Notes under the pieces: generated by a model
Database searches by the model: none
Seen by the model: the letters and a program-made list of their open reading frames with translations, nothing else
What the model was told of the DNA's origin: nothing
DNA from: a virus
Taxonomy: Duplodnaviria > Heunggongvirae > Uroviricota > Caudoviricetes
Strand: one strand, 5' to 3'
DNA: 39,483 nucleotides
IMG/VR virus record: IMGVR_UViG_2563366928_000012
Span: 1-39,483 of that record
Made by a program: the position numbers and the translations under genes
Part shown: one piece after another, positions 30,920 to 38,432 of the stretch
Numbering within the stretch: the stretch's first letter is position 1
How the letters are laid out: each line of letters begins with the position of its first letter

Positions 30920-31477
30920 TTGGCAAAAATAGATGATTATCAGCCAAGCCAAGTAGAAGTTGATAAAGTACTTTATTGTAAAAAAATAGTTAACTTTTCT
31001 GGCGTTAAATGGAAACAGAAACCAAGTCGCTCTGATATGTGGCTACAAGCTCATATCATCCCCTTGGATGAGGATTGTATACCTATACAAGGGCTAAAGT
31101 TTGAACTGAAATGGAAACCAGATCAGGATTCAGAACCTGATGACCCGATTTCTTACCCTAAAATAAATATTATTGCTTTCTATCATAACAAGAGGGTTTT
31201 CGCGGTAGATACCTATCACTTTGACAAACACACGAATAGTTACAAGGTCGATCATCCGAAGTACCAAGATATCATTTACGGTGCTCACTACCATGTATAC
31301 TATGAAGAAGCTGGATACTATAGTGATAGAATAGCGTTTCCAATCGAAGATGACATAAACCCAGATGACCTGGTAGGGTATTGGAATTACTTCTGTAAAC
31401 ATCTGAACATAACTTACTCTGGGAGAATACCTTTACCGCTTGAAGATGAGTCGGGGCAAATGGGGTTTGGAATATGA
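30920..31477 (+). CDS. Hypothetical protein A of AT-rich two-gene operon downstream of cI (candidate exclusion/defence gene)
   Basis: 185 aa, Tyr/His/Asp-rich, no recognised domain; possible D...E-x-K motif (PLDED...KFELK). Stop overlaps next gene start (ATGA). Confidence 0.55.
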   Translation: MAKIDDYQPSQVEVDKVLYCKKIVNFSGVKWKQKPSRSDMWLQAHIIPLDEDCIPIQGLKFELKWKPDQDSEPDDPISYPKINIIAFYHNKRVFAVDTYHFDKHTNSYKVDHPKYQDIIYGAHYHVYYEEAGYYSDRIAFPIEDDINPDDLVGYWNYFCKHLNITYSGRIPLPLEDESGQMGFGI

Positions 31478-32226
31478 TGTGCTCAACAGTGATCTCACAA
31501 CTAGGTTTCGAATGCCATCCAATAGGCAAGACCTTGAGAATTATCAGTCCATTCACTTACTGTGATGATGGAGAGCATGTCGGTGCCTTTATCCGTGAAG
31601 TCAATGGTAGGTATTTAGTTAGTGACAGATGCGATGCCTTAATGAATATGGAGGCAAGAGGGATCTCGCTTACCAAAAAACGACTTGATGAGATACGACA
31701 ATTACTGCTTAAAGAAGGCGCAGAACTCAATGCTCGAGGAGAAATCATTGCTTGGGCAACAGAAAAGGATGTCGGTGCGATTACATCGAACATAATTAGA
31801 GCTGGTATACTCGCATCAACTTTGTCGTTAGACTGGTATCAGCCAGTTCAAGCTGAAAAGTTTGAAAGTATGGTTATTGATTATCTATATCACACAGAGC
31901 TTAGAGACGCACTTTCTCTTCGTGAAAACGTATATGGCTTGAGTGGACATCAAATTACCGTCCCTGTAACAATAAAAACCGACATACCTAAATACGTTTT
32001 TACATCAAGCGTGAAACACGGAGGAAGCTGGAATAGTGCTTACTCATTGCTTGGGAAACTAATTGATCTTAAAGCTTCAAGTGAGGAGTATAACAACAGA
32101 TTTGTTGTTATAGACAGCGAAGCAATTGGTGATCAAATGCAACAACTCTCCTTACTCTTCCATGAATCAAGCCAAGTTCTACCATTCTCCAAAAGAGAGA
32201 CTTGGATTAAGAGACTTGCAGCATAA
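31474..32226 (+). CDS. Hypothetical protein B of AT-rich two-gene operon downstream of cI (candidate exclusion/defence gene)
   Basis: 250 aa, no recognised motif; translationally coupled to gene A; followed by an intrinsic terminator. Confidence 0.55.
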   Translation: MMCSTVISQLGFECHPIGKTLRIISPFTYCDDGEHVGAFIREVNGRYLVSDRCDALMNMEARGISLTKKRLDEIRQLLLKEGAELNARGEIIAWATEKDVGAITSNIIRAGILASTLSLDWYQPVQAEKFESMVIDYLYHTELRDALSLRENVYGLSGHQITVPVTIKTDIPKYVFTSSVKHGGSWNSAYSLLGKLIDLKASSEEYNNRFVVIDSEAIGDQMQQLSLLFHESSQVLPFSKRETWIKRLAA

Positions 32227-32231
32227 TACAA

Positions 32232-32258
32232 CCCGGCCTCAGCGCCGGGTTTTCTTTG
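32232..32258 (+). terminator. Intrinsic terminator ending the cI operon (tIMM-like)
   Basis: CCCGGC-CTCA-GCGCCGGG then TTTTCTTT. Confidence 0.6.
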
Positions 32259-32399
32259 CCTCACGTTCGCCCACCTAAAAACACATAACCAATTATATTT
32301 ATTGAAAAATAAATAGATGCAACCCACTAAACCACGCAATTCTGATCTCTCCTTACATCGCCGAGACAATACATCCACGCTAAAAAACAACACTATTAA

Positions 32400-32475
32400 A
32401 TACAAAGCGTTATAAAAAACCACGCCAACTTACAACAAATTGTATTGATCTTGTAAAGTACATATCGTACTATTT
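32400..32475 (+). promoter_or_regulatory. PL/OL-like region
   Basis: Contains TACAAAGCGT and AAAGTACATAT (reverse complement of an OR word) and TACAA-N4-TTGTA inverted repeat, upstream of nutL and N. Confidence 0.4.
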
Positions 32476-32519
32476 AACCGTCAGCAGGACGCTGGAAGCC
32501 AAATGGAACAGACTGGCAG

Positions 32520-32565
32520 GCTCTTTAAACAACGTCGACTCTCGACTACGTGGCTGAAAAGCCAG
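32520..32565 (+). promoter_or_regulatory. nutL-like site (boxA plus boxB)
   Basis: boxA GCTCTTTAA (32520-32528), then boxB hairpin TGGC-TGAAAA-GCCA (32551-32564), upstream of N. Confidence 0.55.
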
Positions 32566-32662
32566 ATCACCCAACCACATAAGCTGTGGGATGCAATGCC
32601 GAAGCAACCGTCTCAGGAGGAGCTTCGAGATTGCATCGCCAAAGTTTATTCGGGAGGAATCC

Positions 32663-32935
32663 ATGTCCAGAAAAACAGAATTTAAAGGCACCGCAGCTTC
32701 TCGCCGTAGAGCTCGTCGCGCAAATCTGCAAAGTCAGGAGGCGATCAGCTCCGACAAGCTACACAGGCCAACCCCTTCACGAGTGGTCTTGCAATGCAAG
32801 CGCAAACCAGCAATGAGAGCAGAAGTAATAACACTGACAACGTTGACCAGAAAATATGAAGGTTCAACTTGTCTTCCGAACGTAGCTCTTTACGCGGCAG
32901 GCTACCGGAAATCCAAACAACTGACAGCAAGATGA
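32663..32935 (+). CDS. N: Antiterminator N (P22 gp24-like)
   Basis: Arg-rich motif GTAASRRRARRANLQ near N-terminus; C-terminus NVALYAAGYRKSKQLTAR matches recalled P22 N tail; GGAGG RBS. Confidence 0.75.
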   Translation: MSRKTEFKGTAASRRRARRANLQSQEAISSDKLHRPTPSRVVLQCKRKPAMRAEVITLTTLTRKYEGSTCLPNVALYAAGYRKSKQLTAR

Positions 32936-32993
32936 CTTGTGTTGGTCGCCAGAAAATGAAATTAGGCAGCAAACCACTTATTTGAGGTGAGAT

Positions 32994-33080
32994 ATGGAAG
33001 AAGAATTTGAAGAGTTCGAAGAGCATCCTCAGGATGTGATGGAACAATACCAGGACTATCCGTATGACTACGACTATTGA
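32994..33080 (+). CDS. Candidate 28-aa highly acidic aromatic micro-protein
   Basis: GAGGTGA RBS then ATG; encodes MEEEFEEFEEHPQDVMEQYQDYPYDYDY; below the ORF-track length cutoff. Confidence 0.35.
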   Translation: MEEEFEEFEEHPQDVMEQYQDYPYDYDY

Positions 33081-33150
33081 TAAGAATCAATGGTGTGGAC
33101 AATACGAACGACGACAATGATTGCCAGAGAACTTGGTAAACAGAACAACA

Positions 33151-33178
33151 AGGCTGCCTGATGGTGGCCTTTATTTTT
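33151..33178 (+). terminator. Candidate weak intrinsic terminator
   Basis: AGGCTGCC-TGAT-GGTGGCCT (two wobble pairs) then TTATTTTTGG. Confidence 0.3.
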
Positions 33179-33203
33179 GGCATAAACAACAGAGGCGAAG
33201 ACG

Positions 33204-33398
33204 TTGACAGTTGGAAAGTCATATTCAACTAAAAACGGAAAAACATTTAGTTGTGAAAAAGATATTGGAGAAATAGACACTATCTTTCCATTTGGTGGGT
33301 GGGTATACAATTCTGATGGAAGCAAAGACAGATTTGCATATTACACCAGAGGAGGTGCGTATAAACTAACCAAATCAGAATATGATTTAATTATTTAG
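33204..33398 (+). CDS. Small AT-rich hypothetical protein
   Basis: 64 aa ORF; apparent TTG start after AGAGG. Confidence 0.3.
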   Translation: MTVGKSYSTKNGKTFSCEKDIGEIDTIFPFGGWVYNSDGSKDRFAYYTRGGAYKLTKSEYDLII

Positions 33399-33502
33399 CA
33401 CAGAGAAGCACTGTGTATTCATTCCAACGAGTGAATACACGGAGCAATGTCGCTCGTAACTAAACAGGAGCCGACTTGTTCTGATTATTGGAAATCTTCT
33501 TT

Positions 33503-33528
33503 GCCCTCCAGTGTGAGGGCTTTTTTAT
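33503..33528 (+). terminator. Intrinsic terminator (tL-like)
   Basis: GCCCTC-CAGTGT-GAGGGC then TTTTTTAT. Confidence 0.6.
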
Positions 33529-33589
33529 ATGCATACCAATAACGCTTCACTCGAGGCGTTTTTCGTTATGTATAAATAAGGAGCACACC

Positions 33590-33730
33590 ATGCAATATGC
33601 CATTGCAGGGTGGCCTGTTGCTGGCTGCCCTTCCGAATCTTTACTTGAACGAATCACCCGTAAATTACGTGACGGATGGAAACGCCTTATCGACATACTT
33701 AATCAGCCAGGAGTCCCCAAAAATGGATAA
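33590..33730 (+). CDS. Small hypothetical protein
   Basis: 46 aa (MQYAIAGWPVAGCPSESLL...), TAAGGAG RBS. Confidence 0.4.
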   Translation: MQYAIAGWPVAGCPSESLLERITRKLRDGWKRLIDILNQPGVPKNG

Positions 33731-33836
33731 AACACTTATGGCTATCCAGACTAAATTCACTATCGCCGCTTTTATTGGCGATGAAAAGATGTTTCGTGAG
33801 GCCGTCGAAGCCTACAGAAAATGGAGGTCAAAATGA
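33723..33836 (+). CDS. Small hypothetical protein
   Basis: 37 aa (MDKTLMAIQTKF...), AGGAG RBS; overlaps neighbours as in tightly packed early-left operons. Confidence 0.3.
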   Translation: MDKTLMAIQTKFTIAAFIGDEKMFREAVEAYRKWRSK

Positions 33837-34021
33837 TTCCGGTAGAACTGGCGAAAACTCCAGAGTTAAGTCGATTAAAAAGAGAATATCATATTGCTGA
33901 GGCTCGTTACTGGCGTAAAGCGGGAGATAAATCAAAGAAACAACTTTGCTTATGGCAGGCACAAAGAGAGCGCATGAATGAGCGTGAGTTTCTTTCCTCC
34001 CCATCCGAATTACCATTCTGA
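33833..34021 (+). CDS. Small hypothetical protein
   Basis: 62 aa (MIPVELAKTPELSRLKREYH...), GGAGG RBS. Confidence 0.35.
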   Translation: MIPVELAKTPELSRLKREYHIAEARYWRKAGDKSKKQLCLWQAQRERMNEREFLSSPSELPF

Positions 34022-34029
34022 GGCAAATT

Positions 34030-34710
34030 ATGGGAACTGCGACATTAATACTCGGTGAATCTGGCACCGGAAAATCAACCAGCATGAGAAATATCAATCC
34101 AGAGGAAGCAATACTTATAAAACCAATAGGCAAGCCGCTTCCATTTAAATCAAAAGACTGGCTGGCATGGGATGCCAGAGCAAAAAAAGGAACCGTAGTT
34201 ACCACTGACAAATGGGACGTAATAGTTGCCGTAATTAAGCGTGCTCACGAATACGGGAAAAGAATCGTTATTGTTGATGACTTCCAGTATGTGATGAGCA
34301 ATGAGTTTATGCGCCGCTCAGAAGAAAAATCGTTTGATAAATTTACTGAGATAGGCCGCCACGCATGGGAGGTGATTAAGGCTGCACAGGATGCACCTGA
34401 TGACCTGAGAGTCTATTTTCTTGCACACACCGAAGAAACCCCTATGGGGCGTGTGAAAATGAAGACTATCGGCAAAATGCTGGACGAGAAAATCACTGTC
34501 GAAGGCATGTTTACTATAGTTCTTCGCACCCTTACCCGCGATGACCAGTTCTTTTTCACCACGAAAAACAACGGTGCAGACACTGTAAAATCCCCAATGG
34601 GAATGTTTGATTCTAATGAGATTGATAACGATCTCTCTTTCGTCGATGCCACTGTTTGTGATTACTACGGCATCAATAATGTTCATCAAATTAAGGAAAA
34701 CGCCGCATGA
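34030..34710 (+). CDS. P-loop ATPase, Sak4-like (RecA-fold single-strand annealing/recombination protein)
   Basis: 226 aa; Walker A GESGTGKST at residues 9-17, Walker B-like IVIVDD; position equals the lambda exo/bet recombination slot. Confidence 0.5.
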   Translation: MGTATLILGESGTGKSTSMRNINPEEAILIKPIGKPLPFKSKDWLAWDARAKKGTVVTTDKWDVIVAVIKRAHEYGKRIVIVDDFQYVMSNEFMRRSEEKSFDKFTEIGRHAWEVIKAAQDAPDDLRVYFLAHTEETPMGRVKMKTIGKMLDEKITVEGMFTIVLRTLTRDDQFFFTTKNNGADTVKSPMGMFDSNEIDNDLSFVDATVCDYYGINNVHQIKENAA

Positions 34711-35294
34711 GCAACGTGATTTTTACTTATAACGAAGAAGCAGCACTGACCGCAGGGCAAGGTGGTTTTATTAACGAAACTGGTGCTCATATCATTACCA
34801 TTACTGAAGCAGAACTAAAGCAATCAGAAAAAGGAGCCAAATTTATTGAGTTTTCTGGCGAATCTGACGACGGACGTAAAATCCAATATCTTAGCGTCTG
34901 TGTTCAGAAAAATGACGGAACGGAAAACAAATTTGGCGCAAATGTCGTTCACGCCATGATGGGGTGTGCCGGGATTGGACAATTAACGCAACATATGGTT
35001 TCCGCCAGTAAATTTGTTGCTCCTGAGTTTCATGGAAAGAAAATCGGGTTAGTGCTCCAGAAAGTATTAACCACAAACAAAAAGACTGGCGCAGACAGCT
35101 ACCAGATGGAAATACGCATCCCGTTTATTGCACAAACAGGTCAAACCCTTAAAGAAAAGGCGGAAGGCAAGCAACCAGAAACTATCGCCAACATGGTTGC
35201 CAGCCTCAAAGATAAAGACAATCGCTCTAAAAACGTAAGCCATAATCATGCAGATGATTATGGTTACAGCCAGAACGATTACCCTCCTTTCTGA
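34707..35294 (+). CDS. Sak4-associated protein, possible ssDNA-binding protein with acidic C-terminal tail
   Basis: 195 aa ending ADDYGYSQNDYPPF, reminiscent of SSB C-terminal tips; overlaps ATPase stop. Confidence 0.35.
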   Translation: MSNVIFTYNEEAALTAGQGGFINETGAHIITITEAELKQSEKGAKFIEFSGESDDGRKIQYLSVCVQKNDGTENKFGANVVHAMMGCAGIGQLTQHMVSASKFVAPEFHGKKIGLVLQKVLTTNKKTGADSYQMEIRIPFIAQTGQTLKEKAEGKQPETIANMVASLKDKDNRSKNVSHNHADDYGYSQNDYPPF

Positions 35295-35317
35295 TTATTG
35301 AAAATAAGGCTCCCATT

Positions 35318-35614
35318 ATGCCAGCGCCTCTGTATGGTGCGGATGACCCGCGCAATTGCTCCGGTAGCTCCAAGGCGGAGGTGCTGGAAAATATCAAAAA
35401 CAATTTCGACGCGTTTCTTGCTCTGACACCAGAAACAAAAGCAGAACGGATGTACCGACGCGATATACAACTCGCGCTAAAACAGGAGAAGGACCGAACA
35501 AACGAAACAGCAATGAGACCGTTGCGAAAAGCGACAATAGACAAATTCCCTGAATATATCGACCCGCGCCTGCGTAATTACCGCTCACGCTATGGCGCTA
35601 TCAGTAATGACTGA
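35318..35614 (+). CDS. Hypothetical protein
   Basis: 98 aa ORF in the early-left operon. Confidence 0.35.
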   Translation: MPAPLYGADDPRNCSGSSKAEVLENIKNNFDAFLALTPETKAERMYRRDIQLALKQEKDRTNETAMRPLRKATIDKFPEYIDPRLRNYRSRYGAISND

Positions 35615-35624
35615 GGAATTTACC

Positions 35625-35792
35625 ATGAGAGGACTTGCATACAATCCCGGCATTCTTCCGGCAGAAATGATTATTCGCCAACGCGTAAAGCCAATGCCAT
35701 CGAGAGAGGAATTGCTTAAGAGAAATAGTTTCGGTTCTGTTAATGACAACAAATATCTGAATGCGATGTGGCGCAAAGGAGGCAACCAGTGA
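35625..35792 (+). CDS. Small hypothetical protein
   Basis: Internal ATG ([15 protein letters not shown]...) preceded by GAGGAA. Confidence 0.3.
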   Translation: MRGLAYNPGILPAEMIIRQRVKPMPSREELLKRNSFGSVNDNKYLNAMWRKGGNQ

Positions 35793-35913
35793 GCGAAATT
35801 AATTACCAGGCATTGCGTGAGGTGGCGGAACGTGCAATTCCAGCAATGGAATGCCTGTTAATGTTGCCAGCTGATGATGATTTGTTAAGTGAACAGGAAC
35901 TAAAGATTACGGT

Positions 35914-36369
35914 GTGGATATTGATGCGCTCAACGCCTTCAAATTTCTGGCCGGACCAGAAACCGTGCTGGCACTACTGGATGAACGGGAAAGAAACCAG
36001 CAATACATAAAACGCCGCGACCAGGAGAACGAGGATATTGCGCTAACGGTTGGGAGGCTGCGCGTTGAGCTTGAAGCAGAACAGAAAACATCAGCAGCCA
36101 GACTTGAGGCGCTCGACCGCACCCACAAAATGTTCCAACGGGAACAATGCAGGGCAGAGGCCGCAGAGAAGCGCATTGCAGAGTTAGAAAGTGGTTCTCA
36201 GGCACAAAAGTTAGTTGAAGCAATCATTGTTGCGATAGAAAACGAACAGGAACGTCTTTTTGATGAAGATTACCTAATGGATTCGAAAGAATGCATTGAC
36301 ATAATTCGTGAAGAAGTAAAGCGATGGAATGATTCCCGCGCCGCTGGCATTCGCATCAAAGGAGAGTGA
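35914..36369 (+). CDS. Coiled-coil hypothetical protein
   Basis: 151 aa, strongly helical and charged; conflicts with overlapping ORF 35768-36010, so start uncertain. Confidence 0.35.
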   Translation: MDIDALNAFKFLAGPETVLALLDERERNQQYIKRRDQENEDIALTVGRLRVELEAEQKTSAARLEALDRTHKMFQREQCRAEAAEKRIAELESGSQAQKLVEAIIVAIENEQERLFDEDYLMDSKECIDIIREEVKRWNDSRAAGIRIKGE

Positions 36370-36370
36370 T

Positions 36371-36592
36371 ATGGCTAACTCATTACTTGAAACCTGCAAC
36401 AACTGGCAGATTCAGAGGGCGGAGATTTTATCTCGCAATCCAGATATGGCAATGACAATTGATAATCTGGATACGCTAATTGAACGGACCGTGCGTTCTG
36501 CAATTGATATAGCACGTCGAGTTGACTGGGATTTCAGAGAAGCGGAGCGGCTTGCTAAAGAGCAGGAGAAAGCAGCGGGTAAAGGAGACTGA
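36371..36592 (+). CDS. Small hypothetical protein
   Basis: 73 aa from MANSLLETCNNWQ, GGAGAG RBS. Confidence 0.4.
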   Translation: MANSLLETCNNWQIQRAEILSRNPDMAMTIDNLDTLIERTVRSAIDIARRVDWDFREAERLAKEQEKAAGKGD

Positions 36593-36593
36593 T

Positions 36594-36791
36594 ATGGATA
36601 AAAACATCACTGCTTACTGGAATCTGTCACTCGATACCGAATGCCCAAAATGCGGTCACAATTTCGATCTGCTTTGTGATGCTGATTTCTGGGAGTTTTC
36701 TGGAGCTAAACAGGCATGTGAAGAAATAAAAGGTTACGAAACATGCTGTCCAGAATGTAACCATGAATTTAAAACAGATTTCGTGTATTGA
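36594..36791 (+). CDS. Small zinc-ribbon protein
   Basis: 65 aa with CPKCGH ... CCPECNH; GGAGAC RBS. Confidence 0.4.
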   Translation: MDKNITAYWNLSLDTECPKCGHNFDLLCDADFWEFSGAKQACEEIKGYETCCPECNHEFKTDFVY

Positions 36792-36801
36792 GGCATAACA
36801 A

Positions 36802-37404
36802 ATGACCACTATTACCAGAGAAAACGCGGAAATTAAATCATTCATCACTGGTTTCCTGAGCGACCCGGCGCACGATAACCAATCTTCAGACAGCCTGCTT
36901 GCCAATGTGTTTCGTATTGCTCTGGCATCGCTAGAAGCAGAACCTGTAAGCCAAACTTACAACTTGCCACAAACGCACTTTGAACAGGTTGCTGACCTTT
37001 ACGAAATGCAATTTGATGACGGACGCACTTGTGCCTTTCATACTGATGCGCAAAAGGCTGCGCAATGGCTTCGGGCATGCGACGGAAACAGGGTTCAGGA
37101 ATACGTGAAACTGGAGCGACTGCAGAACGCGCTATCGGGCAACTCTCCGGTAATTCCGGATAGTTGGATAAGCTGTAGTGAGCGAATGCCAGAAATGGGA
37201 GAGCGACAATGCTATGTGTTAGCTGCTGACTTTAAAAACAACTACCCACCAAGCATCCCCAACACTCAGGTCGGCGTATATGGCGACTGGTTTAATGATG
37301 GCAAGCCCACTTGGGATGACGGTGGTGGCGAAGACCTGTATCTCAAGGAGGTAACCCACTGGATGCCTCTACCAGAACCGCCGCAGGAGGTTAACCGTGG
37401 CTAA
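36802..37404 (+). CDS. DUF551-like phage protein
   Basis: 200 aa ending THWMPLPEPP, a C-terminal signature I associate with DUF551 lambdoid proteins. Confidence 0.45.
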   Translation: MTTITRENAEIKSFITGFLSDPAHDNQSSDSLLANVFRIALASLEAEPVSQTYNLPQTHFEQVADLYEMQFDDGRTCAFHTDAQKAAQWLRACDGNRVQEYVKLERLQNALSGNSPVIPDSWISCSERMPEMGERQCYVLAADFKNNYPPSIPNTQVGVYGDWFNDGKPTWDDGGGEDLYLKEVTHWMPLPEPPQEVNRG

Positions 37405-37681
37405 CCTGCAACTTGCCGTCAAAGGTGAATACTTCGATGCCATGATTCGCGGAGAGAAAACGGAAGAGTATCGCCTGTGTAATGACTACTGGAATAAGCG
37501 AATTATGTTCCGGGAGTATGACCGCCTGATTATCACAAAGGGATATCCGAAGCGCGACGACTTCAGTCGCAGAATTGATGTCCCGTATGACGGATATGAA
37601 ATCAAGACAATCACACATCCCCACTTCGGCGATAAACCGGTAAAGGTATACGCGATAAAGGTGAATATCAGCAATGAATAA
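37397..37681 (+). CDS. Small hypothetical protein (possibly ASCH/PUA-like)
   Basis: 94 aa ORF overlapping the preceding stop; fold assignment is a guess. Confidence 0.3.
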   Translation: MANLQLAVKGEYFDAMIRGEKTEEYRLCNDYWNKRIMFREYDRLIITKGYPKRDDFSRRIDVPYDGYEIKTITHPHFGDKPVKVYAIKVNISNE

Positions 37682-37753
37682 CAATTCTCGCATTCGCGGG
37701 GATTTCTTTTATCTGAACTCGCTACGGCGGGTTTTGTTTTATGGAGATGATAA

Positions 37754-38098
37754 ATGTCAGATTTGGCTATGAAGGTTTTGAAATGGCAATCGACTGGCGA
37801 TGTTGGCATCAGTAGCGCAACTCTTGCCTCAATCGCATGTGGCCTGAAAAAGAATATCTATGGTCATAGCTTCGGTGCTCCACATGACGCAGCCGATTTC
37901 CGGCGATGCGTTGCACTTGTTGAGCAGATTCCAGAAATCAGAGATTCATTCGACAAGGTTGCACAGCGCGTTCCGGCATTCAAAGGCATCCTCAACGAAT
38001 GGGATTCCCTCGTTGCTCTGTTGAAGTCTGAAATGAAGATACACGGAAACAAAGCACCAGAGACTTACAGAAGAATTAGCGAACTACGCAAGGACTAA
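37754..38098 (+). CDS. Hypothetical protein
   Basis: 114 aa ORF upstream of xis. Confidence 0.35.
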   Translation: MSDLAMKVLKWQSTGDVGISSATLASIACGLKKNIYGHSFGAPHDAADFRRCVALVEQIPEIRDSFDKVAQRVPAFKGILNEWDSLVALLKSEMKIHGNKAPETYRRISELRKD

Positions 38099-38213
38099 CC
38101 ATGGAATCACACAGCCTCAAACCCAATGAGGCCTGTTCATTTCTCAAGATATCCAGACCTACCATTGCCGCATCAATGCGGCTTTTCTTGCGTGTAATTG
38201 CGGAGACTTTGCG

Positions 38214-38432
38214 ATGTACTTGACACTTCAGGAGTGGAACGCACGCCAGCGACGCCCAAGAAGCCTTGAAACAGTTCGTCGATGGGTACGCGAGTGCAGG
38301 ATATTCCCTCCTCCGGTTAAGGATGGAAGAGAGTATTTGTTCCACGAATCAGCGGTAAAGGTTGACTTAAATCGACCAGTAACAGGTAGCCTTTTGAAGA
38401 GGATCAGAAATGGGAAGAAGGCGAAGTCATGA
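38214..38432 (+). CDS. xis: Excisionase (lambda Xis)
   Basis: 72 aa MYLTLQEWNARQRRPRSLETVRRWVRECRIFPPPVKDGREYLF, matches recalled lambda Xis. Confidence 0.9.
   Translation: MYLTLQEWNARQRRPRSLETVRRWVRECRIFPPPVKDGREYLFHESAVKVDLNRPVTGSLLKRIRNGKKAKS

Noticed and set aside
35768-36010. 80-aa ORF overlapping the 5' part of the 151-aa coiled-coil ORF
   Set aside because: The two frames overlap by about 100 nt; cannot decide from sequence alone, so only the longer ORF is listed, at low confidence.
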